Shown here: one piece after another, positions 43,410 through 56,351 of the stretch
Layout of the letters: the number at the start of each line of letters is the position of its first letter
Numbering within the stretch: position 1 is the first letter of the stretch
DNA from: Tubiluchus corallicola
Taxonomy: Eukaryota > Animalia > Priapulida
Length of the DNA stretch: 64,000 bases
Direction of reading: 5' to 3'
Assembly: GCA_030141605.1 (NCBI GenBank)
Contig: JAQGDQ010000264.1
Location: 251,069-315,068, forward strand
The notes under the pieces: generated by a model
Databases searched by the model: none
Told to the model about the DNA's origin: nothing
The model's input: the letters and a program-made list of their open reading frames with translations, nothing else
Position numbers and translations under genes: made by a program

Positions 43410-43717
<308 letters not shown>

Positions 43718-43911
43718 TACAATGTTTAGTTTAAATTAATGACTAACAACTTATTAAACTGAATGCTTTTAAATATTATTTCAGCGTTTCAGAAGCAAGT
43801 AATAAGCAAACAAACTCATTGTTTACGTTCATCGCTAACTAAATTCGACAAATCAATACCACCTCTAGTTTGTCGGCTAACTGAATGCCCGTAATTCAAA
43901 CAATAGCTTAC

Positions 43912-44089
43912 CAATGGCTGGACTATTCTTGTTGCTGAACTTCCATGCTGCCTCGTAATTTTTTGCCGCCTCGCGGAACGACGATTCTTTCTCTGTTATG
44001 TATCCCATGTATTCGTAAGCCTTACTACAGGACTTGTTGTGTTGCAAACACAGTTTTAAGTACTCAGCCGCATTCTCATATTTACTCGA
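43912..44089 (-). CDS. TTC21B: TTC21B penultimate exon
   Basis: [60 protein letters not shown]; tttcag / gtaagc; translated by hand. Confidence 0.95.
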
Positions 44090-44571
44090 CTGAAAGAAGA
44101 ATGAAAAGAATTCAATGTCTATGAAGCCTTAGTCAGTTTTATATTGCTACTCAATGCACAACACCATGTTGAGCATAAGGAGCAGATTTTCGTCTGTAGC
44201 ACAATGGATAAACACGTGGGAAGTTGTGTCATGCTCAACAGATTGTTATGTTGAAGCAATGGTTTTGTAGCCCTGAATGTCCTATGTCACTTCGACAAAA
44301 CATGTTTGCAAAGCATCTAAACTTCTCTCTTCGTTTTGTAACTAACAGGTCCCATTCATGTACGCATAATGTCTGGTGGTACTTCAGTGTCCCACGAGGT
44401 CCTTCAGAACCAATGCTGCTTAATCAAACACGAAAAGGCAGTAACTCTTTACGTTTTAATAATTGTCTGTTGAGAGAAAAATTCTTGTAAACGGAGAAAT
44501 AATGTGCAGACTGACTCAACCTACAGCACTGTAGATGAAACAAGAGATTTGCAGTCAAAATTTACTCACAT

Positions 44572-44685
44572 AATCATCACCATCACTATCATCATCGTCA
44601 TCACTATCATTGTCAACATCATCACTATCATCGTCACTGTTATCGAAAACACCATGATTATCACCACCACCACCACCACCATCAT

Positions 44686-44756
<71 letters not shown>

Positions 44757-45108
44757 CTGTCATCATCTTCCTCATCAACATCAACATCATTGTCATCGTC
44801 CTTGCCATCACTGTTATCAGTGTCCTCATCACCAACAACGTCGTTGTCATCACTGTCATCATTGTCCTCATCACCATCAACATCGTTGTCATCATCCTTG
44901 TCATTGTCATCGTCATTACTGTCATCATTATGCTCATCACTAATATCACTGTTGTCACCATCCTTGTCATTGTCATCGTCATCACAGTCATCATTGTCCT
45001 TATCACCATCAACATCGTTGTCATCATCCTAGTCAATGTCATCATCATCACTGTCTTAATCATGCTCATCACTATCATCACTGTTGTGGTCATCCTTGTC
45101 ACTGTCAT
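44572..45108. repeat. (CAT)n-derived low-complexity tract
   Basis: Pure (CAT)n core with degenerate flanks. Confidence 0.92.
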
Positions 45109-45140
45109 GGTTAAGATAGGACAAGGTAAACAAACATTAC

Positions 45141-45314
45141 CTGGATGTAAATATCAGCCATCAGCAACCAGCTTTTCTCCAAATCCTCAGCATCTTCAAA
45201 ATTCCACGTTCGTTTACAAACCAGTTTTAATTGATTACGAGCTTTGGGACTTTGTTTCAGCACCATGTATGCTGTAGCCAGGCCAAAGTTTGCACCCACG
45301 TGGTTTTGATAACC
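45141..45314 (-). CDS. TTC21B: TTC21B exon
   Basis: [58 protein letters not shown]; ctgcag / gtaatg. Confidence 0.95.
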
Positions 45315-45377
45315 CTGCAGAAAAAACGACAAATAATGGCCGTCATTCGAGTTGAACGTCACGAAATTTTAGAAATA

Positions 45378-45705
45378 CAGTCGACCCTCGTTAAACCGGA
45401 CCCCGTTAGCCCAGATATCGGATAAGACGAACGTCATCTGTGGTAAAAGAAACTGACCGATTTCCGTCCGAGCCGGAGCGCTAAACACAACACGGCCTAC
45501 CAACTGTACAATAATTTCTTTATCCTCACAGGTTAACTATTTTAAAGTAATATACAGTATAGTATATAGTGCAATGTATATAGGCCTTATTAAGGTGATT
45601 ATTCCTGTATAATATAGACCATATACAGGCATATCGGATAAATCGGACAATCGGCTAAACCGGACCCCCCCCCTCCAATTAGTCCGGTTTAACGAGGGTT
45701 GACTG
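45378..45705. mobile_element. Tc1/mariner-pogo-type MITE
   Basis: TIR cagtc(g/a)accctcgttaaaccggac; TA TSD. Confidence 0.88.
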
Positions 45706-46393
45706 TAGTTTGTACTGCTAAAATGTTATGGACAAAATTATGGCAAGAAAACACGCATAGCTGCTCTCAACATTACCAGGCTTTGGTACTCGAAAAGAGG
45801 TAGAACATTGTTCTAATTTTACTAAGATTATTTACTGCAGTTTAAAGCATAAAAATACGCGTGTTTTACAATAAATCAATTTTAAAAATCAAACATATAA
45901 TATACCAATATACATATACGTTTAAAAAAGCACATATGCAATATACAATTACATGTAAAATCACAAATTTACAATAAGCTCAAGATTGGCATATACATTA
46001 AAAAGTAAAAATGATACATTTTTCTACATAAAAGGATAAAGAAGTTGAATTTAATCGATGTATTTTACAACTATTACAACTTATTGAAATAGATTTCTAA
46101 AATATTTGATGATTGCAAATTAAATGGAAATCAATTTAGTTTAAAGTGGGTAAGTCAAAGATTTAGTTTTGAGATAGCTTGACTCCTGCCCGGGTTAAAC
46201 TGACTAGGATGTTTCTGCAGGATCTGAAGGCACCAAGTTCAATTCCTGATTAGACAGTCTCTTTGTTATCGTTCTTTTACCTCACTTATCGCATGATGTA
46301 ATAATATTCAAGAATCGGTTAATTAGCAATCTGTAGCGCTTGCTTGGAGACTCAGGTTAACGAGTAACAGGTGAGATGTTTCAGACGACTTAC

Positions 46394-46519
46394 CTCAGTG
46401 TTAACGATGGAAAGAAAAGACTGCAAGGCTTGTTCTGCATTCGACTTGTCTTTAGTTGCAATCAGAAGTTGATTCTGCAGAATTTGAGGACTCAGATCAC
46501 CAGGTTTTGGTTTCAGTTC
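46394..46519 (-). CDS. TTC21B: TTC21B exon
   Basis: ELKPKPGDLSPQILQNQLLIATKDKSNAEQALQSFLSIVNTE; tttcag / gtaagt. Confidence 0.93.
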
Positions 46520-46710
46520 CTGAAACAGATCATAAAGGGGAGAGGTTATGACGAAGCCAAGTCCGCGCACAAACAAACGTAAGCGACATCTTAGTTGATA
46601 ATGAATTGCACTTTAACTCTGTGCTACCTTTTCCCCACTTCCCAAAGAAAATCCAAAATATAGAGCAAAAACAGTTACTGAAACTTGAGCAGCCCTAAAC
46701 TGCAGAAAAT

Positions 46711-46842
46711 ACTAGCCTACACACTTGTACACTAAAGATATGTTAGGACGTATGTCGTCAGTTCTCATGAAATCATTACTAGCCTACACACTTGTACACT
46801 AAAGATATGTTAGGACGTATGTCGTCAGTTCTCATGAAATCA
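46711..46842. repeat. About 67-bp direct tandem duplication
   Basis: actagcctacacacttgtacactaaagatatgttaggacgtatgtcgtcagttctcatgaaatca twice. Confidence 0.9.
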
Positions 46843-46899
46843 ATATTTCATACTAAATTATCATTGAAGTTCGGTATATAAACAGCTTTCACTGAATTC

Positions 46900-47130
46900 T
46901 TCACATTCAAGCATCCAAAACAAATTTTATTGTCTTTGATAAACTTTCTTTTGGCATCGTAGGAAAGCTGACTGAACTCTTTGCACTTATCTAAACGATG
47001 ATTAGTAGCTGTGCAATAGAAACAAGGCCTTTGTTTTAGAGTTTGACCCTTTGACATATTATTAGAGTCAATAGCGAATGATGACGATTTGCGACTACCA
47101 CCTTTGAAAGTCTTGCTATACAAGCACAAA
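46900..47130 (-). mobile_element. BEL/Pao LTR retrotransposon gag fragment
   Basis: CFYCTATNHRLDKCKEF...KRKFIKDNKICFGCL matches the tandem Cys-His region of BEL/Pao gag; no LTR or pol nearby. Confidence 0.75.
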
Positions 47131-47617
47131 ATTATCGTGTTTCTACAAAACACTTAGCAACTACACAAATTTTGGTTGCTTCGGACTTTGCAAGAACACA
47201 TTAAGTCTGCTTAGATCCGTTAGATGGCTCTTTCTGACAAAGATCTGGGCTTGGTCAAAAAAAAACCAAAGCAAAATGACTGCTTCCACATGCTACTGTT
47301 GGGGTTTGAAAATACAAGTTTTTTTACAATTGCAGTACTAGTGACCAGCCAGAAAAGTGGCGTGGGGTTATAAAATTTGATTTTTAGTATGCTTAGAACA
47401 TTTTACTGATAATTTTATGCTAGAACATAAAAGTGCAATATATTTAGCGTGTATTTTTATAAAAAAACAAAAAACTGACATTTGCCAAACTTTTTGGTGC
47501 ATTCTATTTTGAAGCATCGTAACAATGCCGACTAATGGATAGTTTTGGTTTTCAAGCACACATATATACGTGACATAGTTCAGCCAAGAAAACAATTTTA
47601 GTTGTAATTCTACTTAC

Positions 47618-47669
47618 GTTAATGAGATTAGAGGCAGTTTTCAGTGCCATCTGGTCTGCATCAGTTACA
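47618..47669 (-). CDS. TTC21B: TTC21B short exon
   Basis: SVTDADQMALKTASNLIN (cf. human QLAVRTAEKLLK); ttttag / gtaagt; its phase 2-0 exactly bridges the flanking exons. Confidence 0.85.
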
Positions 47670-47957
47670 CTAAAATTAAATGCAAATTCATTTTATTTTC
47701 AAATATTTAGTTAAATTTAAAAGCATTGCTGCAAATGCAAAAACAACAAATTCTACATCATCGCTTCAATCTTTCTCAAGTTGTGGAAAAAAGGTAGATA
47801 GTTTATTCACATTTCAACAGTAAAACATACAGTGCTCTTCTTGACAAACAAATAACACAGGTAAACCTACAAGATACAAGACAGAAAACCAACCATCATC
47901 ATTTCATTCTTTCTCAAGTTGTGGAAAAAAGGTAGATAGTTTATTCACTACAGAGAC

Positions 47958-48480
47958 TACTACGGCCAAATCACGTTGAAAACACCGGTTCTCATCTGAT
48001 CACCGAAGTTAAGCAACGTAGAGCCTGGTTAGTACTTGGATGGGTGACCGCCTAGAAATATCAGGTGCTGTAAGCTTGCGGGATGTATCTCGACACTAGG
48101 TGGAGGAGCTGCACAAGCAGCTAACGGCTAGAGGGCAGAGGAGGTCAGTGTAGAGGAGTAAACCTTCCAAATCAGGAGTGGAGCCCCGAAGGCGGACCAG
48201 TGCAGCATGATCACTGACTCCGGCAGCTCCTGCAGCCAACCTTGTGCCAAATGTATCGCTCCGCTTTCCTTTGGACTACACCAGGGAGGAAGAGAGGGGG
48301 TTCCTGTTGTTTGGGCAACTCAGGATCTCCATACACCTTTCCCAGGCATGCGCCCTGAGGACGTTCAAGGATCGGATTGCTCAGCCACAGTCGACACTGC
48401 AGCTCCATCAATGTGATCAATAACTGACTCTCTTGGCGCACACTCCATTGTCTTCCGAGACAGAAGGATGCCAACCAATT
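47958..48480 (+). mobile_element. 5S rRNA-headed SINE (SINE3-type) with RTE-like body and tail, copy 1
   Basis: About 120-nt 5S head (ctacggcc...ccgaagttaagc...ttagtacttggatgggtgaccgcc...gctgtaagctt) plus about 400-bp body shared with the copy at 57022. Confidence 0.88.
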
Positions 48481-48670
48481 CAGAGTAAATGGCGATTACA
48501 GTTATTTATCTGTAAATTTATTTTATCCAAATCACAACTAACTAATAAAGTCAATAGATGCCCACAGTTTTCAGGGAAACAATTTTTATGGTAGGAACTT
48601 CACACACAACAACCAGAGTCCAAGGAAAAACTGCATTGGCAGCTGCTTCATAAATAAATAAGAAATTTAC

Positions 48671-48832
48671 CTGATGTCTGAGTCGACATTTGCCAACACT
48701 TCGCCACCGATCGTATTGTTGTCCGGATTCAGGCAAAGTTCAATCATAGCTTTTAGTGCGCTTTCTCCCCACTCGGTGTCCTTCCTAGCCATGTTGAAAT
48801 GTTTCAACGCAGAAGTGGCATCACCGGTATAC
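48671..48832 (-). CDS. TTC21B: TTC21B exon
   Basis: YTGDATSALKHFNMARKDTEWGESALKAMIELCLNPDNNTIGGEVLANVDSDI; cattag / gtaaat. Confidence 0.95.
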
Positions 48833-49233
48833 CTAATGCAGAGAGAAACATCTTTAAGAAAACAGTAAGTCCTGCAAAGAACACTTATCTCAAAACTTAA
48901 AGTGTTAAGGCTATGCTTCTTTTTATAAATTCAAGACAAATGTTTGTAAATGTGTCTGCCAGTAGATGGCACAACAAACATTTCCTAATCATTGTTGATT
49001 GTACAATGAGGAATACAATTTTCTTTAAGTAACTAAAACACATAAATTCTTACAAAGAATTATTACGAGAGAAATGCAAAAACAACATTTCTTAAACCAT
49101 AGTTTCTTCACAGAAATGTTATGTAGATCTATGAAGATACGTATTTGGTTATGTAGGTTTGTTAGGTTTGTACATACAGTTTCGATCTCTAGTTTCGATC
49201 CGCAATAGATGTACATAGTCATTGATTAGATAC

Positions 49234-49314
49234 AACCTAGCCACTGTGGGGGGGGGGGGGGAAGCCAGCCCAACTCAGTGCCGGTCTCAAGCCCGGATAA
49301 ATAGGGAGGGTTAG
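49234..49314 (+). ncRNA. Twister-like self-cleaving ribozyme (3' cleavage-product portion) at the RTE 5' end
   Basis: AA-CCT-AGCC-[actg...cagt stem]-GCCGG-TCTCAAGC-CCGG-ATAAAT-AGG-GAGGG parallels the type-P1 twister core GCCGGUCCCAAGCCCGGAUAAAA...GAGGG. Confidence 0.7.
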
Positions 49315-49724
49315 GGTCAGGAAGGGCATCCGCCTGTAAAAACTGCGCCAAAACCTTCTATGAATGAGTCGGTGAGACTTAAAGGTAAAGTCCACAAAGA
49401 AGTGGTCAGACCCGCTCTAATCTATGGGCTGGAAGCAGCTTCTCTAAAGAAAAAATGGGTGTGGTGGAGATGAGGATGTTGAGATGGATGGTGGGAATAA
49501 CAAGAAGAGATAAAATTAGAAATAATAATATCAGAGGAACAGTAAAAGTAGTGGAAGCCTCGCAAGATTGCGATGGTATGGACACCTGAAAAGAAGAGTC
49601 GGTGAAGATCATGTGGGAAGGGAAGACATAAATGAAGAGATGGTCAACAACAGGAATGCGTGGAGAAGACTCATTCACAACGGCGACCCCAAATAGGGAA
49701 AAGCTGGGAAGAAGAAGAAGAAGA
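49234..49724 (+). mobile_element. Internally deleted (bipartite) RTE-clade non-LTR retrotransposon
   Basis: 17-bp TSD agtcattgattagatac (49217-49233, 49725-49741); RTE-type 5'UTR; RT C-terminal relic LKGKVHKEVVRPALIYG...EMRMLRWMVGITRRDKIRNNNIRG...RLRWYGHLKRR; (GAA)n tail. Confidence 0.9.
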
Positions 49725-49745
49725 AGTCATTGATTAGATACGTAC

Positions 49746-49896
49746 CAGCAATATAATCCTTTGCAATAATTAAATCCGGAATCCGTAGCGGTTCGGGACG
49801 AGGCAGCCTCCGCTAGTTCTAGGTAATGTGGCGCATCGTCCAGTTTACCGACACGTCGCAATAACTGAATCATTCGTGACAGAGCTTCGTAATGTT
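49746..49896 (-). CDS. TTC21B: TTC21B exon
   Basis: EHYEALSRMIQLLRRVGKLDDAPHYLELAEAASSRTATDSGFNYCKGLYCW; ttacag / gtacgt. Confidence 0.94.
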
Positions 49897-50007
49897 CTGT
49901 AATGTAATCCATATAAATGACAGAGCTTCGTAATGTTCTGTAATGTAATCCATTATAAATGTCAGATCTTCGTAATGTTCTGTAATGTAATCCATTATAA
50001 ATGTCAG
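49877..50007 (-). repeat. 41-42 bp x3 tandem repeat spanning a TTC21B 3' splice site
   Basis: tgacagagcttcgtaatgttctgtaatgtaatccat(t)ataaa three times; each copy contains ttacag|aacattacg. Confidence 0.9.
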
Positions 50008-50030
50008 TTAAAAATCAATAACTTAACTCT

Positions 50031-51908
50031 TAATGAATTATTTTACCTGGATTACCTGTGAGCAGCTGTTGAAAATGATACGTTGCCGTATCGTATTCAT
50101 TTCAACACTGATAATGAATTATTTTACCTGGGTTACCTGTGAGTAGCTGTTGAAAATGATATACTGTGTCGTATCGTATTCATTTCTACACTGATAATGA
50201 ATTACTTTACCTGGATTACCTGTGAGTAGCTGTTGAAAATGATATACTGTGTCGTATCGTATTCATTTCTACACTGATAATGAATTACTTTACCTGGATT
50301 ACCTGTGAGTAGCTGTTGAAAATGATACGTTGTCGTATCGTATTCATTTCTACACTGATAATGAATTACTTTACCTGGATTACCTGTGAGTAGCTGTTGA
50401 AAATGATATACTGTGTCGTATCGTATTCATTTCTACACTGATAATGAATTACTTTACCTGGATTACCTGTGAGTAGCTGTTGAAAATGATATACTGTGTC
50501 GTATCGTATTCATTTCTACACTGATAATGAATTACTTTACCTGGATTACCTGTGAGTAGCTGTTGAAAATGATACGCTGTCGTATCGTACTCATTTCTAC
50601 ACTGATAACGAATTTATTTTACCTGGGTTACCTGTGAGTAGCTGTTGCAAATGATACACTGTGTCGTATCGTATTCACTTCAACACTGTTAATGAATTAT
50701 TTTACCTGGATTACCTGTGAGTAGCTGTTGAAAATGATACACTGTCGTATCGTACTCACTTCAACACTGTTAATGAATTATTTTACCTGGGTTACGTGTG
50801 AGTAGCTGTTGAAAATGATATACTGTGTCGTATCGTATTCATTTCTACACTGATAATGAATTACTTTACCTGGATTACCTGTGAGCAGCTGTTGAAAATG
50901 ATACGTTGCCGTATCGTGTTCATTTCAACACTGATAATGAATTACTTTACCTGGATTACCTGTGAGTAGCTGTTGAAAATGATATACTGTGTCGTATCGT
51001 ATTCATTTCTACACTGATAATGAATTACTTTACCTGGATTACCTGTGAGTAGCTGTTGAAAATGATACGCTGTCGTATCGTATTCATTTCTACACTGTTA
51101 ATGAATTACTTTATCTGGATTACATGTGAGTAGCTGTTGAAAATGATACGTTGCCGTATCGTACTCACTTCAACACTGTTAATGAATTATTTTACCTGGG
51201 TTACCTGTGAGTAGCTGTTGAAAATGATATACTGTGTCGTATCGTATTCATTTCTACACTGATAATGAATTACTTTACCTGGATTACCTGTGAGCAGCTG
51301 TTGAAAATGATACGCTGTCGTATCGTATTCATTTCTACACTGTTAATGAATTACTTTATCTGGATTACCTGTGAGCAGCTGTTGAAAATGATACCTTGCC
51401 GTATCGTATTCATTTCTACACTGATAATGAATTACTTTACCTGGATTACCTGTGAGTAGCTGTTGAAAATGATACGTTGTCGTATCGTATTCATTTCTAC
51501 ACTGATAATGAATTATTTTACCTGGATTACCTGTGAGTAGCTGTTGAAAATGATACACTGTGTCGTATCGTATTCATTTCTACACTGATAATGAACTACT
51601 TTACCTGGATTACCTGTGAGTAGCTGTTTAAAATGATACGTTGCCGTATCGTATTCATTTCTACACTGTTAATGAATTATTTTACCTGCATTACCTGTGA
51701 GTAGCAGTTGAAAATGATACACTGTGTCGTATCGTATTCATTTCTACACTGATAATGAATTATTTTACCTGGATTACATGTGAGTAGCTGTTGAAAATGA
51801 TATGTTGCCGTATCGTATTCATTTCTACACTGTTAATGAATTACACTACCTGGGTTACGTGTGAGCAGCTGTTGAAAATGATATGTTGCCGTATCGTACT
51901 CATTTCTA
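50031..51908 (-). repeat. 81-83 bp tandem array of a TTC21B exon 3' end plus 5' splice site
   Basis: Unit repeats RNEYDTATYHFQQLLTRNP|GT of exon 51850-52042; about 23 units including the real one. Confidence 0.95.
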
Positions 51909-52042
51909 CGGAACATCAGATCAGCCATCATCACTGTAGCTGCGTCGTTGTCTTTGTCATTTCGCAGAATTGACGTGCAGGTCTGTAGACAAGATTCCAA
52001 GTCTTCAAGCTGCAGGTAGAGCTTGGCAAGAGCCAACATCAC
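51850..52042 (-). CDS. TTC21B: TTC21B exon
   Basis: VMLALAKLYLQLEDLESCLQTCTSILRNDKDNDAATVMMADLMFRRNEYDTATYHFQQLLTRNP; cacag / gtagtg. Confidence 0.95.
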
Positions 52043-52070
52043 CTGTGAAGAGCAGGTAAGTGTTCATCAA

Positions 52071-52534
52071 CCCTTTCAGTCCCAAAATTATTTTTTTAAT
52101 AAGAAAAATTTTTTGGCTTGGTACTTTTGTTCAGTATGTCCATCTTGTTTACACATAATAATTATTTTTTCTGCCTGTGCCCGCGTGCTAAATATAGCCT
52201 GTATCCCACGGGATACATTGGGATTCAATGGAAGCATAAAATGTGCTTCATATTGCAACTGCTGATAATTTTTTAAAGTATTTAAGACATTTAGTATGCA
52301 TGCTATGCTGATCTGTACAAAGTCGTGTCTAAAGTACTGTACCTTGCGCAGTTTTTTATGCTATGTAGATTTTCTAGTTTGCCATTTTATCACCATTAAT
52401 TTTTTAGTCTATTGTTATTTGCTTAAATCAAAATAACTATTAACAGATCAAATAACTGTCAGTTTTAAAATTTTATTAATTTCAAAGGCAGAAAATATTC
52501 TCGTATCCCATGGGATACAACGGGTATGAAAGGG
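52071..52534. mobile_element. piggyBac-type MITE
   Basis: ccctttca...tgaaaggg termini, tcaa/ttaa flanks, subterminal palindromes gtatccca(c/t)gggatac. Confidence 0.7.
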
Positions 52535-52772
52535 TTAAAGTCAAATCAAACGTTAAGCATTTAAGACAAATTCAGTAAAATGAAACCACCTAAGATGCGG
52601 TAAGAATTGTAAATAAACTAGAACTGAAACCAAGTGCTTATTCCTATGCAAAGTTAGAAGTTAACCGGATAAATGTAAAACAAAATAAGAGTGAAACAAA
52701 GTCAAAGTTATACAGCTCATTGTCTACTGAGATCCTGACATAGTGAATCCATGTACAAATTACAGTCTAGCT

Positions 52773-53272
52773 CAGGGGTGTGCAAATTGCGGCCCGCGGG
52801 CCACTTGTGGCCTGCCGAGAGAGTTTGTGCAGCCCGCGAAGAGATTTATCAACCTAATGAAAGTGCGGCCCGGACGATTAATTGAGTGTATCCAGCTGAA
52901 GTCCGTGCCACGATCCCAAAGATAGTGCGGGTAGTCTTTTCTACTAGATCAGATGCCATTAACCCTTACAAGACGGTCGTAGCTTAATGTCACTGTACTA
53001 CACAGACTGTGTGATACACATTACTAATATGCATTGTAATGAAATTACCACTATCTGTCCTGAAAGTTGAAATATATGGTTTGTAATATAAATTTTAATA
53101 ACTTCTAAAATAGTTTCTTGAGTGTAGTAGTAATGATGTACGCAGGCCTGATGTAAAAAAATTGTTATTAGGTCTTTCTGTACTTGGCTCCTTGATCAAA
53201 CTGCCTGTGGCCCGCAGGAATTGCGTGAAAGTTTAATGTGGCCCGGCTAGTCAGATAATTTGCACACCCCTG
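52773..53272 (-). mobile_element. hAT-type MITE family A, copy 3 (inverted)
   Basis: Reverse complement of copies 1 and 2; TSD gtctagct/tgctagct. Confidence 0.9.
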
Positions 53273-53311
53273 TGCTAGCTCTACAGTTAGTCTAAAAACA
53301 AAAGAACGTAC

Positions 53312-53480
53312 TGTACTGTCACTGTCCTTGTACATGAGAGCCTCTCTGTAAAACTTTATGCCCTTTTCAAAATCCCGAGCTCCGGCGGCATATTCAGCAA
53401 TCTGGACGCAGATATTAGCGGCAAGATTCTTCTGTTCCGTTACGATGTCCGGTTGCTCCACTTCTACGCGATTCAGCACT
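53312..53480 (-). CDS. TTC21B: TTC21B exon
   Basis: VLNRVEVEQPDIVTEQKNLAANICVQIAEYAAGARDFEKGIKFYREALMYKDSDST; ttctag / gtacgt. Confidence 0.95.
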
Positions 53481-53754
53481 CTAGAAAAAAATAAAAAAAT
53501 TACCACTATACAAAGCTGTCTTAGCTGGGTTGTGCCATGTTGTACATGCAAAAAGTAATCATGTTCATGATTGTGACTACAAAGTTTAAAATAGATCAAA
53601 ATATATAATTACACTACAATAATTTCAATTTATATTGAGTTTAGCTTTCCGATTCTTGGGATCAGTAATTGGTGAACAGCTGCATGAGACCAGAATCACG
53701 GCAATGGTGACGACAATATAACGGCAACCTCTACGGCTCTAGCAGCAAAAATTT

Positions 53755-53927
53755 CAGCAGCAGCAACGACTTAAAAAATTATCACTGTCATAGTGTCTGC
53801 TGTCACTGTTGCCACAGTTACTACCACTGGTAATGCCGACATCACTACCACCACACAACAGCAACAGCAGTGGCAGCAGCAACAGCAGCAGCAGCAGCAG
53901 CAACAGAAACAACAACAACAACAGCCA

Positions 53928-53960
<33 letters not shown>

Positions 53961-54270
53961 CTTAAAAAATTACCACTGTAATAGTGTCTGCTGTCACTGT
54001 TGCCACAGTTACTACCACTGGTAATGCCGACATCACTACCACCACACAACAGCAACAGCAGCGGCAGCAGCAACAGCAGCAGCAGCAGCAGCAGCAGCAA
54101 CATCAACAACAACACCACCAACAACAACAACAACAGCAACAACAACTACAACAACAACAATAACAACGACAGCAACAGCAGCAGCAGCAGCGACGACGAC
54201 GACGACAACGATGACGACAACAACAACAACAACAAAAACAACAACAACAATAATAATACAAGCAGCAAAA
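53755..54270. repeat. CAG/CAA-rich tract with an internal about 190-bp duplication
   Basis: cttaaaaaatta...atagtgtctgctgtcactgttgccacagttactaccactggtaatgccgac occurs twice. Confidence 0.9.
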
Positions 54271-54274
54271 TTAC

Positions 54275-54401
54275 CTAATCTGTATCATTCTTGCTTTAGT
54301 TAGCGTGTTAATGGATTTCTCTAACGAATATCCCCTGTAGTGAACTTTGGAAAGCAAGGTCAAGCACTTGACCTCTTCCATCAGATCTTGTAAAGTTGTC
54401 G
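54275..54401 (-). CDS. TTC21B: TTC21B exon
   Basis: TTLQDLMEEVKCLTLLSKVHYRGYSLEKSINTLTKARMIQIR; ttcag / gtaatt; phases fit neighbours. Confidence 0.92.
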
Positions 54402-54599
54402 CTGAAACAAATAAAAATAAGGAGACGATCACTGCATTTGTGTTCAGATTTCTACTGCTAAGCAAAAATACTTACATATTATGCTATTAATCAAGTATTA
54501 AACTTTCAAGTTAATCCCTGAATTAAAAGGGAAGAAAAGAGAATTTTCCGGTATTTCCCAAAAAGAACTTTGGACATAAAGTATATTACTTAACATGTG

Positions 54600-55625
<1,026 letters not shown>

Positions 55626-55885
55626 AAATCTTTATTTGCCATTTTAAAAACAATGACCATCATATTAAAAGACAGACAATCAGTGTTAGTTCATATAAAA
55701 AACATACACTGTTCTGGGCAAATGCGTCTGGTAATGTGTAACTAGCGAAACTAGTAAAAAGATTTTTGAATAACTGAAAATATTTGTGCCACCTGGTAAA
55801 ATGGTACTGCATTGGTAAATGGTCATTCTTGTGTAAACATCACAGCTTCACCAAAAAACACATGATTGATCTTATTCGCAATATA

Positions 55886-56351
55886 AACTAATTTAAACTT
55901 GAGCTTAAAAAGATGTGCTACGGATGCTCTGATTTGTTTTTCAAACTTTCTGCCAAATTAACTAAATTTTTATCAACTTTATTAATTTAAATTTTGGCTT
56001 AAAAAGATGTGCTACGAATGCTCTGATTTTTTTTCAAACTTTCTGCCAAATTAACTAAATTTTTATCAACTTTATTAATTTAAACTTTGGCTTAAAAAGA
56101 TGTACTACGAATGCTCTGATTTGTTTTTCAAACTTTCTGCCAAATTAACTAAATTTTTATCAACTATTAATTTAAACTTTGGCTTAAAAAGATGTGCTAC
56201 GAATGCTCTGATTTGTTTTTCAAACTTTCTGCCAATTAACTAAATTTTTATCAACTTTATTAATTTAAACTTTGGCTTAAAAAGACGTGCTACGAATGCT
56301 CTGATTTTTTTCAAACTTTCTGCCAAATTAACTAAATTTTTATCAACTTTA
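55886..56351. repeat. About 88-bp tandem repeat x5
   Basis: ttaaaaagatgtgctacgaatgctctgattt...ctttctgccaaattaactaaatttttatcaac. Confidence 0.92.

Noticed and set aside
47958-48077. Functional 5S rRNA gene
   Set aside because: No oligo-T terminator, followed by a shared SINE body, dispersed in introns, and one copy has TSDs.
50031-51908. CRISPR-like array
   Set aside because: Eukaryotic context, no unique spacers, and the units derive from the adjacent exon junction. The same absence of spacers applies to the other arrays.
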